A stretch of 64,000 bases of DNA, taken from NCBI RefSeq assembly GCF_001194135.2, contig NC_068991.1, positions 30,173,584 through 30,237,583 on the forward strand. The letters run 5' to 3'. Position 1 is the first letter of the stretch. Each line of letters opens with the position of its first letter. This DNA is from Octopus bimaculoides. Its lineage: Eukaryota. Positions 27,585 to 39,830 of the stretch are shown one piece after another. The notes beneath the pieces were generated by a model. The model did no database searches, was not told the DNA's origin, and was given only the letters and a program-made list of their open reading frames with translations. A program made the position numbers and the translations under genes.

Positions 27585-27715
27585 GGTTTCTAATTTAGTT
27601 ACAATGCCAGACATTTTGAGGGGTGGGGCCTAACCGTTACCATCGACCCAGTATTTGAGTGGTGCTTTCTTTAATCGACATCTAAGCAGTGAAAAATAAA
27701 GTTGACCTCGGCAGG
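27585..27715 (-). mobile_element. SINE family A, 3' part (old)
   Basis: GGTTTCTAATTT...CCAGACATTTTGAGGGG...CATCGACCCAGT...AAAGTTGACCTCGGCAG. Confidence 0.7.
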
Positions 27716-28259
27716 ATGTATATGCATATTATATATATATATATATNNNNNNNNNNNNNNNNNNNNNNNNNNNNNNNNNNNNNNNNNNNNNNNNNNNNNN
27801 NNNNNNNNNNNNNNNNNNNNNNNNNNNNNNNNNNNNNNNNNNNNNNNNNNNNNNNNNNNNNNNNNNNNNNNNNNNNNNNNNNNNNNNNNNNNNNNNNNNN
27901 NNNNNNNNNNNNNNNNNNNNNNNNNNNNNNNNNNNNNNNNNNNNNNNNNNNNNNNNNNNNNNNNNNNNNNNNNNNNNNNNNNNNNNNNNNNNNNNNNNNN
28001 NNNNNNNNNNNNNNNNNNNNNNNNNNNNNNNNNNNNNNNNNNNNNNNNNNNNNNNNNNNNNNNNNNNNNNNNNNNNNNNNNNNNNNNNNNNNNNNNNNNN
28101 NNNNNNNNNNNNNNNNNNNNNNNNNNNNNNNNNNNNNNNNNNNNNNNNNNNNNNNNNNNNNNNNNNNNNNNNNNNNNNNNNNNNNNNNNNNNNNNNNATA
28201 TATACATGGGCACACATGCAGACGCATATCTACTTATATATATATATCCAAAATATTGG

Positions 28260-28410
28260 TGCAGGTGGTGTTGTGGTGATGTTTGTGATGACGTTATTGA
28301 AAGTGATGACAATCATGTCGATGATGATGATGATATTGCTGGTAGTGATGGTGATGAAAAGGATGAAGAAGAAGGTGGTGATAATGAAGAAAAGGATTAA
28401 GGTGATGACG
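28260..28410. repeat. Degenerate (GAT/GGT)n microsatellite
   Basis: Directly visible. Confidence 0.85.
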
Positions 28411-28807
28411 ACGCTCTCGAAAGAGAAAGGGATGTGGTTGTTTGTTTAAATTCTTGCGGGAACTTCTAAGAGAAATATTTGGCCAGTTTTTCAAACTTCA
28501 AATATTTATATATTTCATGCTTCTTTTATTTGTGGATAGAGGCAGGTGGATTGGTGGATATATGGCTGGTAATACTGATGATGGTGTTGGCGGATGGTTA
28601 TAGTGATTGTCAGCATTCTAACACAGACTGTGGAGACAGAAGAATTTGAGAGATAAACAGAAAGAATGAACTGTGTGACTTAAATATTGGGGCACCTGCA
28701 TACACACAATCACACATATACGCATATACACACACGCACATATACAGAGATGGAAGCACATATATATTTACAAAGCCATTCAGCTCTCTCTCTCTCTTTA
28801 TATATAT

Positions 28808-28839
<32 letters not shown>

Positions 28840-31165
28840 GACATGAACATACGTATATATGTACATTTATACGTTAATTATTTCATGGAAGAATCATTTT
28901 AGGCGTTTAAAAAATGTCTAAAATTATTCTTACACGGTGTAATTGCTTCTATTTCAACATAGGACTCCATCTCAAGTCAGCTGCTAAGAAGCATAATTTT
29001 GCATCTGTATAATTGTATATATGTATGGTTGCATACGTACATACATGCATACATAAAGATCTACATTCATATATCTGCGTGTGCTTGTGTGTGTATACAT
29101 ATATATATATATATATATATATAAATTGATAGAAGTCAGTATATATATACATATATATATTTATATATGTATATACATATACGTATATATATATATATAT
29201 ATATNNNNNNNNNNNNNNNNNNNNNNNNNNNNNNNNNNNNNNNNNNNNNNNNNNNNNNNNNNNNNNNNNNNNNNNNNNNNNNNNNNNNNNNNNNNNNNNN
29301 NNNNNNNNNNNNNNNNNNNNNNNNNNNNNNNNNNNNNNNNNNNNNNNNNNNNNNNNNNNNNNNNNNNNNNNNNNNNNNNNNNNNNNNNNNNNNNNNNNNN
29401 NNNNNNNNNNNNNNNNNNNNNNNNNNNNNNNNNNNNNNNNNNNNNNNNNNNNNNNNNNNNNNNNNNNNNNNNNNNNNNNNNNNNNNNNNNNNNNNNNNNN
29501 NNNNNNNNNNNNNNNNNNNNNNNNNNNNNNNNNNNNNNNNNNNNNNNNNNNNNNNNNNNNNNNNNNNNNNNNNNNNNNNNNNNNNNNNNNNNNNNNNNNN
29601 NNNNNNNNNNNNNNNNNNNNNNNNNNNNNNNNNNNNNNNNNNNNNNNNNNNNNNNNNNNNNNNNNNNNNNNNNNNNNNNNNNNNNNNNNNNNNNNNNNNN
29701 NNNNNNNNNNNNNNNNNNNNNNNNNNNNNNNNNNNNNNNNNNNNNNNNNNNNNNNNNNNNNNNNNNNNNNNNNNNNNNNNNNNNNNNNNNNNNNNNNNNN
29801 NNTACATACATGCATACATAAAGATCTACATTCATATATCTGCGTGTGCTTGTGTGTGTATACATATATATATATATATACATATTTATATATACATATA
29901 TATACAACCGCAGAGAACCTAAAAGGAGCCATCTATGTCATCAGCCACAATTTAAAGAACATGAAAAGACATTCTTTTCTTGTGCCTGTTTCTGTCCGTC
30001 TGTAAGCTACAAGCCGAAGCATGCCAACAACCACAACAACAATAGCACAAACAAACACAACACCAACAATAGCACAAACAAACACAACAACAACAATAGC
30101 AACAACGATGATATCCAGCGTCATCTGTGAGACGTTCAGTGTTACACGTGCGAACATGTGAACATTCCCAAACACACACATAACCCACCCCCAACACCCA
30201 CCCACATAAATAATCATGCACACACACACACATGTATACACAATTGTGTGTAATGTATGACTGCGATGTTTGTAAAATGTCTGCCCTCACACGCTAATAT
30301 GCCTGCGAAGATGTGTGCGCGTTACAACTACATTTTACAAACAAAATACTACACACAGAAATATATNNNNNNNNNNNNNTATATATATATATATATATAT
30401 GTATGACTTTTATTGATGATCGGCAGAAGTAGAGTTACTCAAAGGCCGATAGTTTCGTGTCAACGTACGCATCTCACAACTTATCGACACACACACACAT
30501 AGACATCTTGAGATATGTTGCTGACATTACATTTCAATTTCAACCACTTTCGTCTTTTGCAAAGCCGAAAGTATTTCTGCTTACTCTTCCTAGTATTACC
30601 CGTAGTTTTATTGTTTCCAGGTCGCTACATTCTAGTTATCTCTATTTCAAGATATATTTGAAAACAGTGTTTTATAGAGTGAACTCTTGTTACGTTGTTA
30701 TTTTTAGCAAGCGAAACATAACAGCGTCATTCATAAGACTGTAACTTGGCTGAAACTTTCTAAGTTACGCATGTCAACATATATATGTTGCCAGTGATTT
30801 GATCTGAGACCTGAGTAGCTGTGTATATTTTCATAGTTTCACTTATTAGCAGACATTTCTTTTCTCGATAAGTTTCGTCAATAACGCTGAGGGCATTTGC
30901 CTTAATATCGATATCGGCATATTTAGTAGTTAACTTGACCTAGCTTAGATTGACTGTAATTCACTGAAGTTTCTGTAGGAATCTGTTTGTGCTAGACTTT
31001 TGCTATGGGCTATTAGGCATTATGGGTTGGTTATTAGGCATTGAAAGAGTAAGGAAAAAACAGAAATTTAGCTATTAAAGACAAAACGAATAAAGACAAA
31101 GTAATGGACCAATTTTGGAAGTGCAGAACTCTGTGAGAAATATAAAGACAAGGGAAGAGAAAAAG

Positions 31166-32065
31166 GGATCTTTTTTAAAACGGGGGCCACATTTTTCATT
31201 AACGAAACACTTTGAAACTTGGAACACTGGTAGAATGTGTCATATAAAACATCTTTTTCTCTTAGTCTTCTTTAAAAAAAAAAAGAAACCCCTAAGTTAT
31301 TCCATGTTAAAGTTGTTGTATTTCTGTAATTTCAACCAATCACTGACGTCCATTCAGCCGATATACATTAAGTGCCGACTACATAAACAAACGATTCTGA
31401 AACAATTCTATCGGTGATAGGGTTAGGGTTAGGGTTAGGGTNNNNNNNNNNNNNNNNNNNNNNNNNNNNNNNNNNNNNNNNNNNNNNNNNNNNNNNNNNN
31501 NNNNNNNNNNNNNNNNNNNNNNNNNNNNNNNNNNNNNNNNNNNNNNNNNNNNNNNNNNNNNNNNNNNNNNNNNNNNNNNNNNNNNNNNNNNNNNNNNNNN
31601 NNNNNNNNNNNNNNNNNNNNNNNNNNNNNNNNNNNNNNNNNNNNNNNNNNNNNNNNNNNNNNNNNNNNNNNNNNNNNNNNNNNNNNNNNNNNNNNNNNNN
31701 NNNNNNNNNNNNNNNNNNNNNNNNNNNNNNNNNNNNNNNNNNNNNNNNNNNNNNNNNNNNNNNNNNNNNNNNNNNNNNNNNNNNNNNNNNNNNNNNNNNN
31801 NNNNNNNNNNNNNNNNNNNNNNNNNNNNNNNNNNNNNNNNNNNNNNNNNNNNNNNNNNNNNNNNNNNNNNNNNNNNNNNNNNNNNNNNNNNNNNNNNNNN
31901 NNNGTAATAAGACAATTTTTTACATGAAATAAATTCGAATACAAAAATATTTTTCTGTTCTATTACACAAAATAGATAAGTATACGAAGTTTAAAAGTCT
32001 TTCGGTACCAAAAACACTACGTAGAACATTAATGAAAAATGTGGCTCCCGTTTTAAAAAAGATCC
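31166..32065. mobile_element. Non-autonomous TIR DNA element with internal (TTAGGG)n
   Basis: TIRs at 31166-31202 and 32029-32065 match at 36 of 37 bp; direct repeat GAAAAAG at 31159-31165 and 32066-32072. Confidence 0.88.
31419..31441 (+). repeat. Interstitial (TTAGGG)n telomere-type repeat running into a 452-N gap
   Basis: TAGGGTTAGGGTTAGGGTTAGGGT followed by N. Confidence 0.9.
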
Positions 32066-32137
32066 GAAAAAGGGGTAGAAAATGAGACAGAGAGTACGGA
32101 GAAGGAAGCAAACAAATAGATAGAAATGAAGGTAATA

Positions 32138-32179
<42 letters not shown>

Positions 32180-32461
32180 CGAGAGAGAAAGAGAGAGAAA
32201 TAAACAGGTGGATTGTTAAACAGCAGGAAATCTATAAAAATGATCTAACAAGGGAATCCAACCTGCACACACAACCTGCTTAAAATAAGTGCTATCTTTA
32301 CCTCGAATCATTTGAGAAATGATAAGATCAAACTTCAGATAATGTGCTTTTAGATAACCTCACCACCAACATTTGGGATGGTCATACCTGGAATTTCCTT
32401 GATCATAGGTGCGCTCAGTGAGGGTTCATCAAACCCATAGAAATAGATTAATAGCTTGGCA

Positions 32462-32518
32462 CAGGTATATAGACAGACAGACGGACGGACAGACAGACAG
32501 GTAGATAGATAAATAGAT

Positions 32519-32557
<39 letters not shown>

Positions 32558-32600
32558 GAGAGAGAGAGGGGGGGAGAAAGAGAGAGAGAGAGAGAGAGGG
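32462..32600. repeat. Compound (GACA)n/(GATA)n/(GA)n microsatellite
   Basis: Directly visible; another (GACA)n lies at 33375-33425. Confidence 0.9.
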
Positions 32601-33370
32601 TGATGTGGAGAATCAATCAAACAAGAATTCAAAAGTAGAATAAAATACATAATGGATTAANNNNNNNNNNNNNNNNNNNNNNNNNNNNNNNNNNNNNNNN
32701 NNNNNNNNNNNNNNNNNNNNNNNNNNNNNNNNNNNNNNNNNNNNNNNNNNNNNNNNNNNNNNNNNNNNNNNNNNNNNNNNNNNNNNNNNNNNNNNNNNNN
32801 NNNNNNNNNNNNNNNNNNNNNNNNNNNNNNNNNNNNNNNNNNNNNNNNNNNNNNNNNNNNNNNNNNNNNNNNNNNNNNNNNNNNNNNNNNNNNNNNNNNN
32901 NNNNNNNNNNNNNNNNNNNNNNNNNNNNNNNNNNNNNNNNNNNNNNNNNNNNNNNNNNNNNNNNNNNNNNNNNNNNNNNNNNNNNNNNNNNNNNNNNNNN
33001 NNNNNNNNNNNNNNNNNNNNNNNNNNNNNNNNNNNNNNNNNNNNNNNNNNNNNNNNNNNNNNNNNNNNNNNNNNNNNNNNNNNNNNNNNNNNNNNNNNNN
33101 NNNNNNNNNNNNATATATATATATATATATAGATGCATATATGTGTACGTATATACATGTGTGCCCAGGAGACTGTGTGAGAGAAAGAAAGAGAGAGAGT
33201 GAGACTACGATAGGAAGCAGCTGAACGATCGAATGCAAAAGTAAGACGAAAAGAGTAGAGAAGCAAGTCAGAGAGTGGTAGGAGGAGGTGTTTGCGAGAG
33301 AAGGACGTCTGGAAATGGAGGACTCTCATAAAAGAGTGGCAGGTAAAGGAAGGGCAAGAGAGACAAAGAA

Positions 33371-33425
<55 letters not shown>

Positions 33426-34869
33426 TAGACAGAGAGAATTAGGAGTAGTAGGAAGAGGAAGTGGCAAAAGAAAGTGGCAAAGACTACATACATGCACGCA
33501 TATATATACTTCTTTGCATGTATACATGTATATATACACACATGCATGTAAATACGTATATAATTGTCTATGTATAGCCGTACGTGTGTGTGTGTGTGTG
33601 TGTGTAAAACGAGGCCATCTGGTTAACCACTTAGAAAAGAAGACTTAGCCAAAGCGACGAGTGAGATTTTATTATCAACTCAATTTACTAAAACAGTACT
33701 TCATGTCAGCGGTCGTTGGTGCGCAGGATTTTGTGTAAAGCTAGAAAGACAGATGGGTTGCTTGTAGATCGTATGTCGAGCGGCCATATTTTACTGTCAC
33801 ATTTCCAGCATATTTGGCCGACTTAAGTATTACGGCTTCTCATAATGAATCCGGCATTGCTGAAACTTAATACAACGCCTTTAATTAACCAACCAATCCC
33901 CCTTTCTCTCTCTTACTGCCTGCTTCTCTCTTTCGCTCTCTCTTTCTCTCTCCCCTCCTCTTTCTTTCTCCTTCCCCCTATACCCCCTTTCTTCAGCTCT
34001 CACTCTCTCTCTCTCCCTCTCTTTCGATCGTTCACTCGGCTGCTCTTTATTTATATCTCACTCTTTTTCTTTTACTACCCCTTTCTCACTAAAACACAAT
34101 CTCATACTTTATTTATATCTCACACGCATATACTATATACATACATACATACATACATACATATGCACACACACATATATATATATATATATATANNNNN
34201 NNNNNNNNNNNNNNNNNNNNNNNNNNNNNNNNNNNNNNNNNNNNNNNNNNNNNNNNNNNNNNNNNNNNNNNNNNNNNNNNNNNNNNNNNNNNNNNNNNNN
34301 NNNNNNNNNNNNNNNNNNNNNNNNNNNNNNNNNNNNNNNNNNNNNNNNNNNNNNNNNNNNNNNNNNNNNNNNNNNNNNNNNNNNNNNNNNNNNNNNNNNN
34401 NNNNNNNNNNNNNNNNNNNNNNNNNNNNNNNNNNNNNNNNNNNNNNNNNNNNNNNNNNNNNNNNNNNNNNNNNNNNNNNNNNNNNNNNNNNNNNNNNNNN
34501 NNNNNNNNNNNNNNNNNNNNNNNNNNNNNNNNNNNNNNNNNNNNNNNNNNNNNNNNNNNNNNNNNNNNNNNNNNNNNNNNNNNNNNNNNNNNNNNNNNNN
34601 NNNNNNNNNNNNNNNNNNNNNNNNNNNNNNNNNNNNNNNNNNNNNNNNNNNNNNNNNNNNNNNNNNNNNNNNNNNNNNNNNNNNNNNNNNNNNNNNNNNN
34701 NNNNNNNNNNNNNNNNNNNNNNNNNNNNNNNNNNNNNNNNNNNNNNNNNNNNNNNNNNNNNNNNNNNNNNNNNNNNNNNNNNNNNNNNNNNNNNNNNNNN
34801 NNNNNNNNNCTGTTCGTTTTTATTTCTCAGACTTCGTAAAAGGCCAAATTTACTCCCCTAACGCCAATA

Positions 34870-34968
34870 CCAACACCACCAGCATCACCACCACCACCAC
34901 CACCATCATCACCACCACCACCACCACCATCACCACCACCACCACCACCATCACCACCAACAACAACA
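34870..34968. repeat. (CAC/CAT)n microsatellite
   Basis: Directly visible. Confidence 0.95.
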
Positions 34969-35764
34969 CTAATACAGTCGTTGCTACAAACACTATCAAC
35001 AGCCACTACGATTGCAGATAATCACTGGAAAAGAGAGTGTAAGATACTTAGAGGGAAGATGAAATAAAGACATTGAGAGAGAGGGGGAGACAGAGCAAAA
35101 AGTTGAGAGAAAGACAGAGAGACAGAGTGAGACATGTTGCGAGAAAGTGAGAGAGAGGCAGAGAGTGACAGTAAGAAGTGAAGGAGGCAGAAAACTGACA
35201 GCTTTTCTAATGAGTTTGTACTTTTATTGAAACAGGAACAACAGTATGAACAACAACAACAATTGCATCAAACAACAAGGGCGTCATCATCATCAATGAT
35301 ATAAACGACAGAAGCATAAACAATTGCAACGACAGCAATAACCACAGGAGTAGCAACAGCAAAAGAGCAACAACAGCAAAGGAAGTCACAACAACAACGA
35401 CGACGACGACGGTGTGGCAGCAGGAATGAAAACAGGCAGTCACTCAACAAGTTAGAAACAGCAACCAAATATCCTTTCAAATCATGCATTCCCATCTTAT
35501 AAAAGTGGAGGATATAGGGGATAATGTAATTGCTAATGATTAGACCAGAGATGTCAAGTATTGACCGCGACTCTCGGGCTAAGTTTATACAAAAAGAATT
35601 ATTTCTTTTTATACAAATGGCAGCCAAATCTCTTTTCATTCGTAGCCTGCTGCCACAGAAGAAGAAACAACATTCAGATTGGGATTAAAAGAAAAATGAA
35701 ACCAAGGTATGATCCCCATAGGGATATCATTCAGAATAGGTCTGCTTCTCATCATCATCGTCGG

Positions 35765-35937
35765 ACAAAATACTAAGCGGCATTTCTTCTAGGTCTTTAT
35801 ACATTGAGTTCAAATTCCCCCGAGGTCGACTCTGTCTTTCAAATTTTCGGAATCGATAAAAAAAAGTACCAGTCCAGTCTTGCGGTTAATGTAATTGCCT
35901 TCCCCCTCCCATCAAAATTACTGACTTCGTAACAAAT
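35765..35937 (+). mobile_element. SINE family A (old), tail-to-tail with a LINE
   Basis: TTGAGTTCAAATTCCCCCGAGGTCGACTCTGTCTTTC...AAGTACCAGT...ATCAAAATTACTGAC. Confidence 0.8.
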
Positions 35938-36845
35938 ATTATTGTTATTATCATTATCACTGTTATTTATTTTGAATCTGCATGTTTGATGCAATCACTT
36001 GCTGGGACATACCCAGTGCCCTAGGACAAGTGAAAGTTAAGAGATGTTGAAATATTACTGAAAGACTGGGGAGGGGAAATGGCGAGGGCAGTAGAGAAAT
36101 ACTTCCCGTATAATACAACACAAACATTTAAATTGATAGTGTTTTCTAAGGGTCTGAGCAGTACTTTTGGATTTCCATAAGGCATGGTTCTCCTCAGATG
36201 TTGTCTAGATGTTTCTGACATTTTTTTATCATTCCTAGTGCACCTACAATAACAGGGACAGCTTTTGTTTTAGGATGCCACAATTTTGTTATTTCAGTTT
36301 CCGGGTCCTTATATTTACTAAACGTATCAAATTCCTTTAGCTGTGCGAACACTTACATCAATTAGTCTACAAGTATTTTCTTCCCTGTCTTGAATAATTA
36401 TGTCAGGTCAATTAGTCTGGATCGTTCTATCAGTTTTGACTGGAAAATCCCAGAGGATGGTGACATATTTACCTTCAATGACTGGCTCAGGATGATGTTC
36501 ATACCAGTAAGCAGGAGTACCGATTTTGTAGTGTTTACACATTTTTCAGTGTAAATATTGAACGACCCTGTAATGGTGATTTTTGTATTCATTTGAATAC
36601 ATCTATTGTTTCGTCAAATGTGTCGAAGAATCTGCATTTTGGGTTAGTACCGTTTTGAGGAACGTTAGCCTAGCAATTTCTGGTTAGCAAGCTTTGATCT
36701 TGTGTCGCCAGTATGAAGCCTTCAGTCTCTGCTTTCAATCCTGAACGTCTTAGCCACTGAAGGATTGTTGCTTGGTCTACATCAGCCTTTTGACTTCGGA
36801 TATTATCATACACATTCAACAGATTAGACTATTGGAAAAGAAAAA
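35938..36845 (-). mobile_element. R4/Dong-like LINE, 3'-terminal about 900 bp (lineage A)
   Basis: QWLRRSGLKAETEGFILATQDQSLLTRN..PKCRF; YWYEHHPEPVIEG..TILWDFPVKTDRTIQTNRPDIIIQD (RLE PD); KYKDPETEITKLW..AVPVIVGALG; then a 3'UTR and an AAT-rich tail. Confidence 0.9.
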
Positions 36846-36859
36846 AATCCTAACATCGG

Positions 36860-37171
36860 GCTGCTACAAATAAAAAGCCTTAAATGCCAAGAATCTCTTA
36901 AGTATCGTAGCTGTCCTTAATAACACTGTTTTCTGCAGCTGTATTAAACTGGGTTTTATGTCTATTCCCTCTGTCTATCTGTTCAGATCTTTAGGGATAG
37001 TTCCCAATGCATCTATAACGACTGGGATACATTTTACCCGCAATTTCCATAGTCTCTGTAATTCAATAGCTAGGTCCTGGTATTTTGCTATTTTTTCTAT
37101 ACTTCTCATATTAATGTTTTCATCATTTGGGACTGTAAAGTTAATTATCTGGCACTTTCTATACTCTTTGT

Positions 37172-37222
<51 letters not shown>

Positions 37223-37253
37223 GTACTACTACTAGTACTACTACTAGTACTAC

Positions 37254-37284
<31 letters not shown>

Positions 37285-38560
37285 GCCACCACCAAATCAG
37301 GCCTTCTAGCTTCTATTACTCTGTCAGCCTGAATGTTTAAGTCCCACATCTTGCATTCTTATTTTCTACTACTTTACTAGGTTCATGTTCATACCCTTTA
37401 TCAGTATGATCAAATCCTAGCTCTCTACATAGTTCCCAGTGGATTACTCTCCCTAGATTGTCATGTCTTTTCTTGTATTCTTTCTGTGCCAGCATGCTAC
37501 ATTCACTTACTACGTGAGTAACGCTTTGCTCTTTTGATTTGCATAATCAACATGGGGAATTTTCTTGGTTTTTGTCTATCTTGGCTTTTATCCAATTAGT
37601 CCTTAATGCTTGATCTTATGTAGCTACTAACAAACTTTCTGTCTCCCTCTTCAGCTTTCCCTTCTGCAAACATAACCATGTCTCACTACTACAATTTGCT
37701 GCAACTATCTTTAGGAATTTAACATGCAACGCCTTCTCCTGCCAGTCATATAATTTCTGTTCTTTATTCTGGTTTTTAAGTTCGTTTGGATTTTTGGTTT
37801 CCTTATGTCTTGCTGTGACTCTAGCAGCTTTTAATAAAGGGAAGTTAATAGAGCTGGTTGCTTATCACTTCTTCCCTCACTTACTTTAACCATACTGCAT
37901 CTCCATCATGATTGACTGGCTTATCGCAAATATTACTCCAGAACTTTCTAGCTTCTTCTGCATTAGGTTTCTCATCTTCAGTACCTCGTTCTCTACTATT
38001 TATTTTGTTATAAAATCTACTCTGGTCTGTCTCAAATAATCTATTCTGTTGAGACTCATTTATTCTTTTCTGATATCTGGAGAGCTTGCCTGCTACTGCT
38101 ATGATATGCTGTTTCAGCTCTTCTATTACTGTCGTTCCTACTGCATGGTCTCTCTTTTCTAGTTTTTTTGTGTTCTCTTCTGCCTCCAATTTTGTCATTC
38201 ACTTTTTTTCTCCTCATAGTGTTAGCTTGATCAACTAATCTCTGCTTAGTACTTTACACATACACTTCTCTAACCAAAGTGTTTACATCCATTTTCTATA
38301 GCCCCATCTTTTAGATTTACTTTCTAAGTAGCACTGCATCACTATCCTGTTTTCTTCGTTGGTCTATTTCCTCCTCCTGCTCTATCGACTGCTGCCGAGC
38401 GAGAGGCCTTCCCTTAATGGTCCAGTTTTATTTTCACTGTTACAACCAGAGTTTCTCTGGAAACACTTGTCTCTCATACACTGAGGTAAGGTAACGTTCG
38501 TCACCATCGTCATCACCCCTATTATTTTTCGACATCTGAAAATTGCATAGTAGTGTGTGT
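36860..38560 (-). mobile_element. R4/Dong-like LINE, internally deleted copy (lineage B)
   Basis: N-terminal NEENRIVMQCY..GYRKWM; IEELKQHIIAVAGKLSRYQKR..QNRLFETDQSRFY..FWSNI; KRETESLLVA, C*LC..THVVSEC (CCHC), RRPDLVV..KYQDLAIELQRLWK..IPVVIDALG, LQKTVLLRTATIL. The RT core is absent. Confidence 0.9.
37172..37284. repeat. (TAC)n microsatellite, in frame inside the LINE RLE domain
   Basis: Directly visible; encodes poly-Val on the minus strand. Confidence 0.95.
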
Positions 38561-38664
38561 AAATCATAGATCAACTATTTCTTAGTATTTATGATTATCT
38601 ATCCGCCGTTCTTTCTCTTTTTTTTTTGGTTGACTTTGTTATAGGTTCTCCTTTTACAACGTTT

Positions 38665-38667
<3 letters not shown>

Positions 38668-38711
<44 letters not shown>

Positions 38712-38712
38712 G
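38668..38712. repeat. (TTA)n microsatellite
   Basis: Directly visible. Confidence 0.95.
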
Positions 38713-39511
38713 TTAAAATATTCTGTGAAATACATACTGCTAGCGTGTGCTGGATCCACTGATTGAAACTAGTGCATCTTAGGGTATCTTCTGTTATCTC
38801 AACCAATGAAAAACAAGCTAATGAACGAATATAATAAAAACTATGATCAACCTCCTCTTCATTTTGTCTATACATACAGAGGCAAAAGCTTTTTTTGGTC
38901 TCTTTCTCTTTGTTACGTAATATAATAATTCTGATGATGCGCAAACGATATTTAAAAGTTGCTCAGCTGAAACAGTGCACGCTTTCTATTAAGCATTGGT
39001 ATTCTCAAGAACTGTATGCATACATTTGAACAATTTCTGCTTCTGTTCTCACTCCAAGGGCTCTTAATAGAACTGTATGTATATATAATCTAATTGGATA
39101 GTAGTCTCCTGTACATATCTCTGCGTCCAAAATTTGTTAATTCCTCTTATTCTTTCCCTTCAGTAATGTTAATGAAGTTTCTTTTATCCATTTACTTTGG
39201 CCTACATACTATGTGAATGGTGTTGTTAGGCATAACTATCCCGGTCCAACATGCATGATGTACTTTTCAATTCGACTCGTAAAGCCAAATGAATATGACA
39301 TCACTGGACTCGATGATCATTATCGGAATGTCTTTCAACTTGTATTTATTCAAACAGGATTGCCTAAGGACTAAAGAACCGCAACAGCTATAATGGGGAT
39401 TTTTAACATATCTGTTGGTCGTGGTGTAAAGAGGGTGTGTAGTAGAATAAGTCGATCCCATGACATTAGAATTTCACCTCGTGAGACCTTAGAACACAAC
39501 AAATATAATTC

Positions 39512-39830
39512 TATCTATTGTAGGTACAAGTTCTTAAAATTTGGGGGAAGGAGCCAGTCGACCCCAGTGTTCAATAGGTATTTATTTTATTGATCCGAAA
39601 AGATGAAAGGCTAAGTCGACCACAGCAAAAACACAACAATAATAATGGTTTCAAATTTTGGAACAAGGCCAACAATTTCGGGGGTAGGGATAAATCGACC
39701 CCAATACTCAACTGGTAAGGGTAAAAAGCAAAGTCAACCTCAGCAGAATTTGAACTCAGAATGTAAAGACGAGCGAAATACTACTAAACATTCTGCCCGG
39801 CGTGCAAACGATTCTGCCAGCTCGCTGCCT
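39512..39830 (-). mobile_element. Two tandem SINE A copies (3' part 39512-39625; near full 39645-39830)
   Basis: Head AAGGCAGCGAGCTGGCAGAATCGTT on the minus strand, B-box-like GAGTTCAAATTC; the two copies have different tails. Confidence 0.85.

Noticed and set aside
31419-31441. True chromosome end
   Set aside because: The tract is internal, enclosed by TIRs and a TSD, with sequence continuing on both sides.
38715-39300. Possible further LINE 3' end and thumb remnants on the minus strand
   Set aside because: Motifs too eroded to support a call.
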